In this document: positions 29,016 through 37,662 of the stretch, in pieces
Layout: each line of letters begins with the position of its first letter
Position numbering within the stretch: position 1 is the stretch's first letter
NCBI GenBank assembly: GCA_001629255.1
Contig: LURZ01000032.1
Location: forward strand, 1-59,782
Length of the DNA stretch: 59,782 nt
Source: Marine group II euryarchaeote REDSEA-S42_B7
GTDB taxonomy: Archaea > Thermoplasmatota > Poseidoniia > Poseidoniales > Thalassarchaeaceae
Direction: 5' to 3'
Translations under genes and position numbers: made by a program
Notes under the pieces: generated by a model
The model's input: only the letters and a program-made list of their open reading frames with translations
What the model was told of the DNA's origin: nothing
Database searches by the model: none

Positions 29016-29055
29016 GTACTAATGGGAGAGAGGCGGGTCTTGAACTCCGCGATTG

Positions 29056-29355
29056 TCACTCGGCTTTCAGAACCTTGGCCATGCCATCTTTTCGCGGTTT
29101 GACGAAGATTCGGTATCCGCACTTGTGACAGGATCTACCGGTGGAGTCTGCCTCGGCCCATGACATGTGTCCGCAGTTAACGCACTTGTATCGAATCTCT
29201 AGAGGGTCCATAGGGGCGTTGCAGTGGTTGCAGTGCTCTTCGGATGTGGGGTTATACTGCCTCTTATCGGTCCTGTTGCAGTTTCTGCACTTGTGCAGGA
29301 TCTCTTTGTCGCCCTTCATTGCTATCGGGTCCGCCACTTGACGGGCCTTCTTCAA
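29056..29355 (-). CDS. rpoP: DNA-directed RNA polymerase subunit P (Rpo12) with extra N-terminal Zn ribbon
   Basis: YKCVNCG..CHKCGYRIFVKPR..KVLKAE matches RpoP; start uncertain (29355/29337/29319). Confidence 0.8.
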   Translation of the reverse strand: MKKARQVADPIAMKGDKEILHKCRNCNRTDKRQYNPTSEEHCNHCNAPMDPLEIRYKCVNCGHMSWAEADSTGRSCHKCGYRIFVKPRKDGMAKVLKAE

Positions 29356-29361
29356 TCTGTC

Positions 29362-29937
29362 CTATCCAGATTTCGCAGATTTGCAAATGTTCACGAAGTT
29401 TTCGAAGATGTTTGACCCGAACTCTGTATCGTTTACTTCAGGATGGAATTGGAGACCGAATCTGTCTAATTCTCCGTTCTGCATAGCCTGGACCCTGCAG
29501 GACTCGCTTTCGGCGATCACAGTGAAGCCTGGTGGAGGCGTAGTTACCTCATCATTATGGCTCTCCCAAACCGTTTGGTGAGATGGTGTGCCTTGGAATA
29601 GGGGACCACCGTCCCCGACTAGGGAAATGGTTGCTGCACCGAACTCTGGCTTGGGAGCCTCTCCTGCAGTCCCTCCATAGTGTCTAGCCATGAATTGGTG
29701 GCCAGCGCATATCCCCAGAATCGGAACTTCAAGAGAGAGGTATTCTGCACAGTTGCCTAACTTCCCGGTTAGGCCTACTCTGGCCGCTCCTCCTGATAGA
29801 ATTAAGCCGTCTAATTCACGCATTTCTGATACCGGAACATCGTTCGGGAGTATTTGCGTATCCACGCCTAGATATCTAAGCATGCGCCACTCTCTGTGGG
29901 TCCATTGGCCTCCATTATCTATGACGTCGATGACCAC
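29362..29937 (-). CDS. guaAA: GMP synthase glutamine amidotransferase subunit A
   Basis: DNGGQWTHRE, LILSGG, PILGICAGHQ, WESHNDEV, GLQFHPEV; SD GGAGGAG before GTG 29937. Confidence 0.93.
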   Translation of the reverse strand: MVIDVIDNGGQWTHREWRMLRYLGVDTQILPNDVPVSEMRELDGLILSGGAARVGLTGKLGNCAEYLSLEVPILGICAGHQFMARHYGGTAGEAPKPEFGAATISLVGDGGPLFQGTPSHQTVWESHNDEVTTPPPGFTVIAESESCRVQAMQNGELDRFGLQFHPEVNDTEFGSNIFENFVNICKSAKSG

Positions 29938-30031
29938 AGGAGCTCCTCCCATGAATAGCCTGTGCACGTTTGGGCCATCAATGATGCCCCCTCAAACCTT
30001 GAAAAAGGAAGGCTATCTCGTTAGGAAGCCG

Positions 30032-30107
30032 GCCCCGATGGTGTAGTGGCCTATCATGCAGCCCTGTCGAGGCTGCGACCCGGGTTCAAATCCCGGTCGG
30101 GGCGCCA
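30032..30107 (+). tRNA. tRNA-Asp(GTC)
   Basis: Acceptor GCCCCGA/TCGGGGC, anticodon arm CAGCC-CTGTCGA-GGCTG, T-arm CCGGG-TTCAAAT-CCCGG, encoded CCA. Confidence 0.96.
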
Positions 30108-30130
30108 ATGAACCGTCACTAAGAGTGGTT

Positions 30131-31798
30131 TCAGTGCAGTCTATGCTTGGCCCAATTTCTCAATTTCTCTCTTTCTATTTTTGCTTCATGACCTGAATCT
30201 ACCGGGAACACCCCCCCATACTGTAGGAAGGTGAGTTCGCCATCATAGCCCAGTAAACCGCAGGCTCGTTTCGCCTCTTCTTTCAGCCTCTTTTTCATTT
30301 CATTCCAGGGAGCGTTGTCCTTTTCCACCAGAATCACGGGCCAATGGTTATCAGGGCCCTCCACCAAAGCAGTCCTGATCCCGAGGCTGTGATTGAAGAT
30401 CTCCTCTATTTGCTTGGTGTGTAGAGTGTAGCCGTTTTTCGATCTAACTCTGTGAGCCTTCCTACCGACTATCCAAACTCTACCATGCTGGTCAAGGTAT
30501 CCCAAATCCCCAGTTCGATGCCAATTAGTTCCATCGAGAGAGTCGTGAGCAGTAGTCTTTGGACCTCCAAACTCTATCTCGTCCTGCCCAATAAGAGAAG
30601 AATACACTGCTGGGCCCATAGCCGAGATTTCTCCTATGGATCCAGGCCCAAAACCTGAGACTTCTGATGCAATGGAAGGGTCGAACTGCTCATTGTAGTC
30701 CTCGAAAGAAAGAATCCTAATCATAATCCCCTCCACTGGTTCTCCGAGACAGAAACCCATCCCAGACTCGGTTTTTGGGTGAGTTTCTATGATGGTGCTA
30801 GCATGGGCCTGGCAGAGGGGAAATCCCTCAGTAGCCCCATATACAAGACGGAATCCTCCACGAGGCGACCTCTCTTCTGATAGGTGGCTTTCAATCGTAC
30901 TGACGAAACCAGCAGAAATCGTCTCCCCTCCAACGTAAATCCGTGTTAGAGATTCTAGCATAGCCGGTGACTGATTGTGTGATTCCGCGTGGCTTTCCAA
31001 ATAGTTTGCCAGATGGATTGCCGACGGAGGGGACAGGAATGCTGCCGTCGCCCCCCAAGTAGAGACAGTCTCGACTATTTCCTGCCCTCTGATATGTCTG
31101 GGTTTAGCCATTATCGACACAGATGAAATTCCAATCAGAGGATGGATGATTAGTGTACCAGACCTTCCGAAGAAGACGTCATCAGACGTAATTCCCTCCG
31201 ATTCGAGAGTCCGGAGGAGAGAATGCAGCATCCCGTGAGAGTATATCACTCCCTTCGGTGGCCCGGTGCTTCCTGTTGTGTACCTAACAAAGGCCGGGAC
31301 GTCTGTCCAGTCAATTTCCTTTTTCGAGGTAAAACCTGACCCGTTGTTAGAATTAGAGTAGAATTTCTTCAGATTTCGGACGTTTATTGTCCTCAACTTT
31401 CTGGGTCCGAGACGGAGAATCCTGCGAATTGCGAGCAAGGCTCCGCTTCCGATTACCCCCTCTGGTCTGGCTCTGTTCAGGATTTTTCTTAGTTGCGCTC
31501 TTCCGCTCCGCTTCCTGATTTTGATGGAGGGTAGCAGGAGAGGGACTGCCCCCGTCTTTAGCATTGCATACATCAGCACGACGAATTCGGTACTAGGACG
31601 TGCTAGTACGAGTGTTACTAGACCGTCCTTGAAACCTCTATTCGATAGATAGCGAGCTGCTCTATCGCTCCTCTGATCGAGTTCTCTGAAGGAGATACTG
31701 TCTGTTTTCTTCTTATTTCCTTTCCTTATGAACGCAAATGCTATCTTATCGGGAAATGCGTCAGACGTACTAGAAAGTGTGTCTAGGATGTTGTTCAA
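30131..31798 (-). CDS. AMP-binding (ANL superfamily) ligase, OleC-like
   Basis: YTTGSTGPPKG, YGATE, WHRTGDLG, GRKAHRV, FPVDSGHEAKIEREKL; probable TTG start 31798 after GGGAGG. Confidence 0.85.
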   Translation of the reverse strand: MNNILDTLSSTSDAFPDKIAFAFIRKGNKKKTDSISFRELDQRSDRAARYLSNRGFKDGLVTLVLARPSTEFVVLMYAMLKTGAVPLLLPSIKIRKRSGRAQLRKILNRARPEGVIGSGALLAIRRILRLGPRKLRTINVRNLKKFYSNSNNGSGFTSKKEIDWTDVPAFVRYTTGSTGPPKGVIYSHGMLHSLLRTLESEGITSDDVFFGRSGTLIIHPLIGISSVSIMAKPRHIRGQEIVETVSTWGATAAFLSPPSAIHLANYLESHAESHNQSPAMLESLTRIYVGGETISAGFVSTIESHLSEERSPRGGFRLVYGATEGFPLCQAHASTIIETHPKTESGMGFCLGEPVEGIMIRILSFEDYNEQFDPSIASEVSGFGPGSIGEISAMGPAVYSSLIGQDEIEFGGPKTTAHDSLDGTNWHRTGDLGYLDQHGRVWIVGRKAHRVRSKNGYTLHTKQIEEIFNHSLGIRTALVEGPDNHWPVILVEKDNAPWNEMKKRLKEEAKRACGLLGYDGELTFLQYGGVFPVDSGHEAKIEREKLRNWAKHRLH

Positions 31799-31799
31799 A

Positions 31800-32978
31800 C
31801 TAGTCCTCCCGAGGTGCAATCCATGCCTGGAAAGAGCATAGTCTCAGTTTGCTACTGTAGTCTCTCTTTACTCTCAGATTTGGAGCTGGGAACCCTGCCA
31901 GCGAGTCAGGGAGATCTCGACTGATGGATCGGTTGGCGTGCTCGATTTCGTTCTCTGGAACAATAACCCTACCCCTCACCATAGATGGGGTCTCTCGGTC
32001 AATCAGAGGCACTAGAGAGTGTAAAATATCGAGAGTCCTATGTGGGAGGTTTACTATGAGCAGGTCCCACCTACCGATAAACTCTGGATTTGTTTGTAGT
32101 TTCATGGCGTCGGCGACCCCGATTATGCGATCTTCGTAAATCCTAGATATCGGAGCAGGCCCCATCGGATAACCCCTACCGTCCCATCTGCGGAGGTTAT
32201 CCATCAGGAGCTCCACTGCATGGGGATTCAGATCAGATGCCAGCACCTCGCCGACTAGGCCTGGTTCCGAAAGCAGAATTGCTAGCGAAGGGCCTACCCC
32301 GCAAAATGGATCGCAGACCCTCAACGGCCTTCCTAGTAGTTCTCTAAGTTGTCTGGCCAGTGCAAGAGTCTCGAGTCTCTCGGACTGGAGCTTGGTCGAG
32401 AAGTACGCCTTACTTGGATCACAAGCGATGGATTTCCCAGACTCTCGGACCAGGACCCGAGTGCTCATGACAGAGTCTGGAATTGCCTCGGTGACTATCG
32501 CCCCATCGACTCTGGCACCAATCGGGGTTAGTTTGCGGATCCTTAGTTCGCCCTGGACGCCTTCGTCGTTCAAGACTAGTCTGATGTGAGGATGGGAAAG
32601 GAGTTTGGCCTCAGCAATTTGGGCAGAGAACCTCTCCAAGGTGTCCTCGATTCTTACTATCATCATATCCGAAATGAACTCATGTGAAGAAGGCCATGCT
32701 TCGCCATGAGCCGCAATCACCTCCGGTCCCAAAAGATTAGTCAGGTGGTTCCACCAATCAGAATCGATTCTATTGTCGGGCTGACCCTCGTGGACTTCTA
32801 TCTCGTATTTGTCAAAGGGTGCTGGGAGTGCGATTGGAGATCCAGGATCGATGGGGACCAAGCGGGATTCTGCATCGTCCTGTGAGAAAACCCTCATTCC
32901 AGAAGCTAGCCACTCCCTCTCTCTGAGTAGACTCAGGATACTCTCCACATCTCGATTTGGGACCCTCAGGTGACGCAT
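31800..32978 (-). CDS. Trm5/Taw2-family tRNA methyltransferase
   Basis: GVQGELRIR, DPSKAYFS.KLQSER, VCDPFCGVGP, SDLNP, IVNLP; start moved to ATG 32978. Confidence 0.82.
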   Translation of the reverse strand: MRHLRVPNRDVESILSLLREREWLASGMRVFSQDDAESRLVPIDPGSPIALPAPFDKYEIEVHEGQPDNRIDSDWWNHLTNLLGPEVIAAHGEAWPSSHEFISDMMIVRIEDTLERFSAQIAEAKLLSHPHIRLVLNDEGVQGELRIRKLTPIGARVDGAIVTEAIPDSVMSTRVLVRESGKSIACDPSKAYFSTKLQSERLETLALARQLRELLGRPLRVCDPFCGVGPSLAILLSEPGLVGEVLASDLNPHAVELLMDNLRRWDGRGYPMGPAPISRIYEDRIIGVADAMKLQTNPEFIGRWDLLIVNLPHRTLDILHSLVPLIDRETPSMVRGRVIVPENEIEHANRSISRDLPDSLAGFPAPNLRVKRDYSSKLRLCSFQAWIAPRED

Positions 32979-33033
32979 CACGTTGATGGGCCGGTAGGCG
33001 TCATCGCTTGACGATGACGGAGATGAGGGCCAC

Positions 33034-33552
33034 ATGATCAAGAGCATCCTGATCTCGCCGATAAAACGAAACCTGCTAACAAAGAAGATGTTCAGGGTAG
33101 CTAAGGAGACATCGGAGACCAAGGGAAAGAAGTTGATGGTGATAGGTGATCCCTGTAGCGGGAACTACTTCCAATTCATGTCCAGCTTGTTCCCTAACTG
33201 TGAGCATGGGGATGTTACTGTAGACCTGTTTGGCTGCAAGGAGTGCAATAGGATGGACATCAACGATATGTCGGCCTGGGAGGAGTTCGATGACGGTGAG
33301 TTCGTGGTGATGGAGACAGGGGTTCTAGGTTTTTCGAAGGACATTGGGGCGGTGCTCTCCCAAATCAGGAGGGTCTCTGGGGGAGACTTCCTTTCTGCGG
33401 GTGGGAACAAAGGCTTTCTTTGGGAGATGTTCCTTTACAAGACCTACAGTAAGGAGTTGATCTACTCGATGGTCCCATTCGACTCTCGTGTGGATGATCA
33501 TTACTCGGGGACTCTGTTGGGTCGAAAGGGCTCCTTTCGGCTGAAGTTCTGA
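33034..33552 (+). CDS. hypothetical protein, possible degenerate methyltransferase-like fold
   Basis: 172-aa ORF divergent from trm5, upstream of dph5; LMVIGDP..VDL..FDDGEF..VLSQIRRV pattern. Confidence 0.6.
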   Translation: MIKSILISPIKRNLLTKKMFRVAKETSETKGKKLMVIGDPCSGNYFQFMSSLFPNCEHGDVTVDLFGCKECNRMDINDMSAWEEFDDGEFVVMETGVLGFSKDIGAVLSQIRRVSGGDFLSAGGNKGFLWEMFLYKTYSKELIYSMVPFDSRVDDHYSGTLLGRKGSFRLKF

Positions 33553-33593
33553 GGCACATCATATTGATGTGCATGAGAGCATAGGGAAGGGAG

Positions 33594-34430
33594 ATGGCAA
33601 CTGATGAGGTTCCTGCCGGGCTATGGCTAATCGGTATCGGTCCAGGGGATCTGGGGCACATGACTGAGAGGGCTCGTAGTGTGGCACGGGGGTGCAAAAA
33701 GAGGTACTTGGAGGGATACACCGCAGTTCTGCCCACGGAGCAGGAAGCCCTTCTGGAGAGCGTGGTAGGGCCCTGGGAGAGGATGATGCGCCCGTCTGTG
33801 GAAAGTCCTGAGGCTCTGCTTGACGAGTCACGGAACGATTCTGTGGCCCTTTTGGTCGTTGGAGATCCGATGCAAGCTACCACGCACATAGATTTAGAGG
33901 CTAGATGTATGGAGGAAGGAATAGGCTTCGAAGTAATCCCTGGGATGTCTGCGACTTCGCTGGCCGTCTCTCTATCTGGTCTTCAATCGTATAAGTTCGG
34001 AAGGCAGGTCACACTGCCATATCCATACGGAGATTATCTTGCCACGTCACCTCTGGAAATGATTTTGAGGAATTTGGAGGGCGGCTTGCATACACTGGTT
34101 CTTCTGGATCTCGACCCAACGGGGATGGGTCTCGACCTTCCGACTCCGATGAGTCCTTCGCAAGCCATTTCCACTCTCGGGGAGATGGAAGAGAAGTGGT
34201 TGGAAGAGCGAGATGGTCTAGATTCTACTGGGGTTAAAAAAAACGCCTTGGCGGTCAATGAATGGGAGGGGGTGCTCCTGAGTGATGTTGGAACTAAAGG
34301 GCAAAGAGTCTTCTCTGGAAGTCTTAAAGAAATCTCAAAGGTTCAGGGTGGCCGGGTTCATTCCCTGATAATACCGTCGGAAATGAGCGATAACGAAAGA
34401 GAGGCTTTCAGCAGAAGGGGAGCGATGTAG
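33594..34430 (+). CDS. dph5: diphthine synthase
   Basis: LIGIGPG, YLEGYT, VVGDPMQATTH, GLQSYKFGRQVTL, GLHTLVLLD. Confidence 0.93.
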   Translation: MATDEVPAGLWLIGIGPGDLGHMTERARSVARGCKKRYLEGYTAVLPTEQEALLESVVGPWERMMRPSVESPEALLDESRNDSVALLVVGDPMQATTHIDLEARCMEEGIGFEVIPGMSATSLAVSLSGLQSYKFGRQVTLPYPYGDYLATSPLEMILRNLEGGLHTLVLLDLDPTGMGLDLPTPMSPSQAISTLGEMEEKWLEERDGLDSTGVKKNALAVNEWEGVLLSDVGTKGQRVFSGSLKEISKVQGGRVHSLIIPSEMSDNEREAFSRRGAM

Positions 34431-34455
34431 GGCCCCCGACGAACTCAAGTCTGAG

Positions 34456-36189
34456 ATGCCTTTCGGTGGATTGGATATCATGGCCAAGCCTCCTGCAGAA
34501 GTTCGTTTCCCCGGTGACAGGAGTCGTAGGAAGAGAGTGAGGGTAAGGGGAATTAAACAGGCCTCGAAGGAAATCCAGCAGAGGCTCGAGAGGAGCCTGG
34601 AGGCACTGCTGGAAAACCCAGAGAGTTTCCTTCCAGAGATAGTTGGGGATTTGGGGAAGGTCTCACTCTTCGGGAACAAGGACCCCATGGCATTGACGTT
34701 GCACGAGCTCAAAGCTGTCTCCTCAAAAAGAAACGATATCAGGTGGCTGAAGAAGAGGATGTCCAAAAGAAGCGGAGGGGATGTATCCCGTTCCCTTGCT
34801 GGGAGCCTAGTTGCAGCATCTGAGGAGGATCTGACTACGGTCTCGGTATTCAAGAGCGACGTCTACGGTAACGCTAGCTACCTAAAGAGAGGGAGCGGTA
34901 GACCTGGCCATCTTGTAGGCATACAGAACTTCAACCACCCCCGGCTGAGGCTTTTGGTCTGGGACGACCACGCCAAGGCAGGCCAGTACTTCTTCTCGTG
35001 GGATGGAGGTTTCGTGTTCACTGGATTTGAGCCGACTCCTCCCTCCGAGTGGGTGCAGTGGACCCTTGGGAACACTTCAGTGGACCTGCAGGGAGATTCT
35101 TGCAAGTGGTCTGCGGGATTGGACGAAGAGACTGTTGTCTCAGAATCAGGGACTGCGGATGGCTGGCTTAAGCTCGAGTTCTCCGATGGAACCAAGGTGG
35201 GGCTCTCCCCTGCAGCGCTGGCCAAGACAGAGGAGCCCGTGGCAAGGAGCATTGCTGTGTCGATGATGCCTCCCAATAAACTTGGAGAGGTCTGCGAGGC
35301 GGCTTGGGTGTGGAGGCCAGAGGGGTGGCCAGAGGACAGGGCTCTACCCGAAGAGGGTCTCGAGAGAGTGGATGAAGTCCTGAATACCTGGCTCAAGATG
35401 TCGTTGGAGGACAATGCTCTAGCAAGGGCCTGCAGGTACAGTATTCTAAACTCGATCACCGATGGATTCGTCGTCGGTAGTAACTGGTTCTCCGATGACA
35501 ATAGAGGGGAGTTCCTCGGTCACATGAATGGGACGGAGGACGAGCGCCGGGCGCTCGCCTGTGTACTAGATTCGATAGACGATGGAATCCACGTCAGGTC
35601 GGATGGCGTCGTAGTGAGCCTGGACGAAAAGGTCGTGAGGCTCGAAGACTCTTCGTGCCACCCTGTTCTGGTTTCTCTCTGGGAAGAGCACGGTGGGACA
35701 ATCCTGGAGGATTTGTTCGGACTGGTAGGAGAGGATGCGGAGAGGGTTCACTCAAGACAGTCGAAGAGGAAGCAGGGGTTCGGAGCTTTTCTACGAGAGT
35801 TAAGCGAGTCGCTGAGCACTGCAATGAAGCTGGATAGGCTTCCTTGGAAGAGAGGAGCTCTCCCTGGCCCTCTTTCATTCGCAGACGATTTGGTGCGGAA
35901 GGCCGCTGATGATGGGGTTGCCTCCACTGTCTCCATGGCTAGGAAGGGTAGAGGTCTGGAGTCCTCTATGGGCTGGGCATGGTTGGTAGTGCACGATAAG
36001 ACGGAGTCGGATGCATGGAGATTCGATGAAGAGAGCCGCGACAAGGGGGGCGACTGGGTCCCAGCCCTGAGGGCGCTCTGGGACGCTGCTCAGGCGCTTC
36101 TGCTGGAAGACGATCTTGAGGCTGAGTCAGACTATCGCTCTGCTATGGAGTGGTTGGCAGAAGTAAGCGGGTCTGGCTCGTTGCCTTAG
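34456..36189 (+). CDS. hypothetical protein (577 aa)
   Basis: Long uninterrupted ORF, basic N-terminus, typical composition; no motif recognised. Confidence 0.8.
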   Translation: MPFGGLDIMAKPPAEVRFPGDRSRRKRVRVRGIKQASKEIQQRLERSLEALLENPESFLPEIVGDLGKVSLFGNKDPMALTLHELKAVSSKRNDIRWLKKRMSKRSGGDVSRSLAGSLVAASEEDLTTVSVFKSDVYGNASYLKRGSGRPGHLVGIQNFNHPRLRLLVWDDHAKAGQYFFSWDGGFVFTGFEPTPPSEWVQWTLGNTSVDLQGDSCKWSAGLDEETVVSESGTADGWLKLEFSDGTKVGLSPAALAKTEEPVARSIAVSMMPPNKLGEVCEAAWVWRPEGWPEDRALPEEGLERVDEVLNTWLKMSLEDNALARACRYSILNSITDGFVVGSNWFSDDNRGEFLGHMNGTEDERRALACVLDSIDDGIHVRSDGVVVSLDEKVVRLEDSSCHPVLVSLWEEHGGTILEDLFGLVGEDAERVHSRQSKRKQGFGAFLRELSESLSTAMKLDRLPWKRGALPGPLSFADDLVRKAADDGVASTVSMARKGRGLESSMGWAWLVVHDKTESDAWRFDEESRDKGGDWVPALRALWDAAQALLLEDDLEAESDYRSAMEWLAEVSGSGSLP

Positions 36190-36209
36190 GCCGAGTTTCA
36201 CATTTAGCG

Positions 36210-36851
36210 CTAGAATGCCTCCGGGAACAGCTCATACGCCCGGTACATGAAACCAGCAGAGAATCCGATCATGCCCAATCCGCAAATTCCCAATGCAATT
36301 TTGTATGCTCTTGGCGACATAGAGCCGCGCGTCCTGTCGAAGATTAGGGCAATCGTCATCTTTACGATGATTATCGTTACCAGGAAAGATAGTGCGTAGG
36401 CCACAGGAGCCGCAGGCTCCTCGTCTGCTGCTGACGCCATCAGAGGGCCGCCAATTAGGAACCAGAACACATACACGTTCGGATTCAGTAGATTCGTAAT
36501 CACCCCCCTGCTGAATGATCCAGTGACCTCCTGCTGCCCGATATCAGAATCAGGTGGTTCTATTCTGAAACAATCGATGCCGAACCAGAATAGGAAACAG
36601 GCTCCCAGCATGGAAATCGTGAACATGAGACTAGATTGATCGGCGACCCATCCTGACAGCAGTACGCTGATCATGATTAAGGGACCATCCGTGAATATTG
36701 GAGCTGATGCGGCCCTTGCACCTGCAGACCAACCTCCAGTCAGGGTCTCTCGGATTACCATTGTCAGTAGGGGGCCCGGGCGAACTCCCTCGAACAGACC
36801 GAGTGCTATCCCAGCTAACGCTAACTGCAATATGAGATCTGTTTGCATCAT
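36210..36851 (-). CDS. LysE/RhtB family exporter
   Basis: PGPLLTMVIRETL and GVITNLLNP..FW motifs; multi-TM. Confidence 0.88.
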   Translation of the reverse strand: MMQTDLILQLALAGIALGLFEGVRPGPLLTMVIRETLTGGWSAGARAASAPIFTDGPLIMISVLLSGWVADQSSLMFTISMLGACFLFWFGIDCFRIEPPDSDIGQQEVTGSFSRGVITNLLNPNVYVFWFLIGGPLMASAADEEPAAPVAYALSFLVTIIIVKMTIALIFDRTRGSMSPRAYKIALGICGLGMIGFSAGFMYRAYELFPEAF

Positions 36852-37616
36852 CTAGCGCCTCGAGTAAATGGCAATCTTAGCCAGCAACTCCAGAATTTCC
36901 AGATACAACCAGATTAGTGTGACCATCAGCCCAAAAGCGGCTCTCCACTCCAATTGCTTTGGTGCTCCCATCTGGACACCCCTCTCGATGAAGTCGAAGT
37001 CTGCTACAAGGCAGAGTGCCCCGATTCCTACGACGAAGAGCGAGAATGCTATCCCTACAGGGGTCGCATCGTGAATGTAAGGCACTCGAAACAACCCTGT
37101 CACTGCACCAATAATAGAGAATATGTAGATCAAAATAATAGCAAACATCGAGGAATATACTGCTATCGCTAGATTCCTGTCCCACCTGATCAGGCCTGCT
37201 CTGTAAATCGCAATCATTGATGCGAGGATCATGAAGGTGAGGAAAGCTGCTAGGATTCCGATCCCCGGAAGGTCAAAAGCCACTTCGAAAAACCAGGTTA
37301 TCCCACCTATTACCAGCCCCTCTAGTGCTGCGTATGTGCATATTAGCATCGGATTAGTAGACCCGGAGAAAATCACAATCAAGGCTACGATAAAGCCGCC
37401 AAGTGCACCGACTAAGATAAGTGGGGCACTATCAGGCATCGAGAAAGCGGTAAACAGTGCAGTTGTGGCCGTAATCAGGAGTAGAAGCCCCGTTTTCTCG
37501 GCTACTCCCTCGATTGTCATCATGCTGGACTCGTATCCCTCCCACCATGGAGCGTCTTTGTAGGCAGATTTCTGGAATGTTGAGTCATTGAGTGCGGGAT
37601 TTCCCGATCTGTACAT
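36852..37616 (-). CDS. Bax inhibitor-1/YccA family membrane protein
   Basis: SGNPAL, MTIEGVAEKT, YAALEGL, DFDFIERG..APK..EW.AAFGLMVTLIWLYLEIL. Confidence 0.88.
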   Translation of the reverse strand: MYRSGNPALNDSTFQKSAYKDAPWWEGYESSMMTIEGVAEKTGLLLLITATTALFTAFSMPDSAPLILVGALGGFIVALIVIFSGSTNPMLICTYAALEGLVIGGITWFFEVAFDLPGIGILAAFLTFMILASMIAIYRAGLIRWDRNLAIAVYSSMFAIILIYIFSIIGAVTGLFRVPYIHDATPVGIAFSLFVVGIGALCLVADFDFIERGVQMGAPKQLEWRAAFGLMVTLIWLYLEILELLAKIAIYSRR

Positions 37617-37662
37617 GGATGCGGGTTCCAGTCGGGGTTCTCAAGGCTTGGGATTGATTCTG

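Noticed and set aside
27801-33122. Integrated element at tRNA-Arg or tRNA-Asp
   Set aside because: No integrase or transposase and no duplicated tRNA 3' end were noticed; flanking genes are housekeeping.
34878-35501. Long antisense ORFs (for example 207 aa here and 157 aa at 53293-53766)
   Set aside because: Ser-rich shadows of the real genes on the opposite strand, with no motifs.
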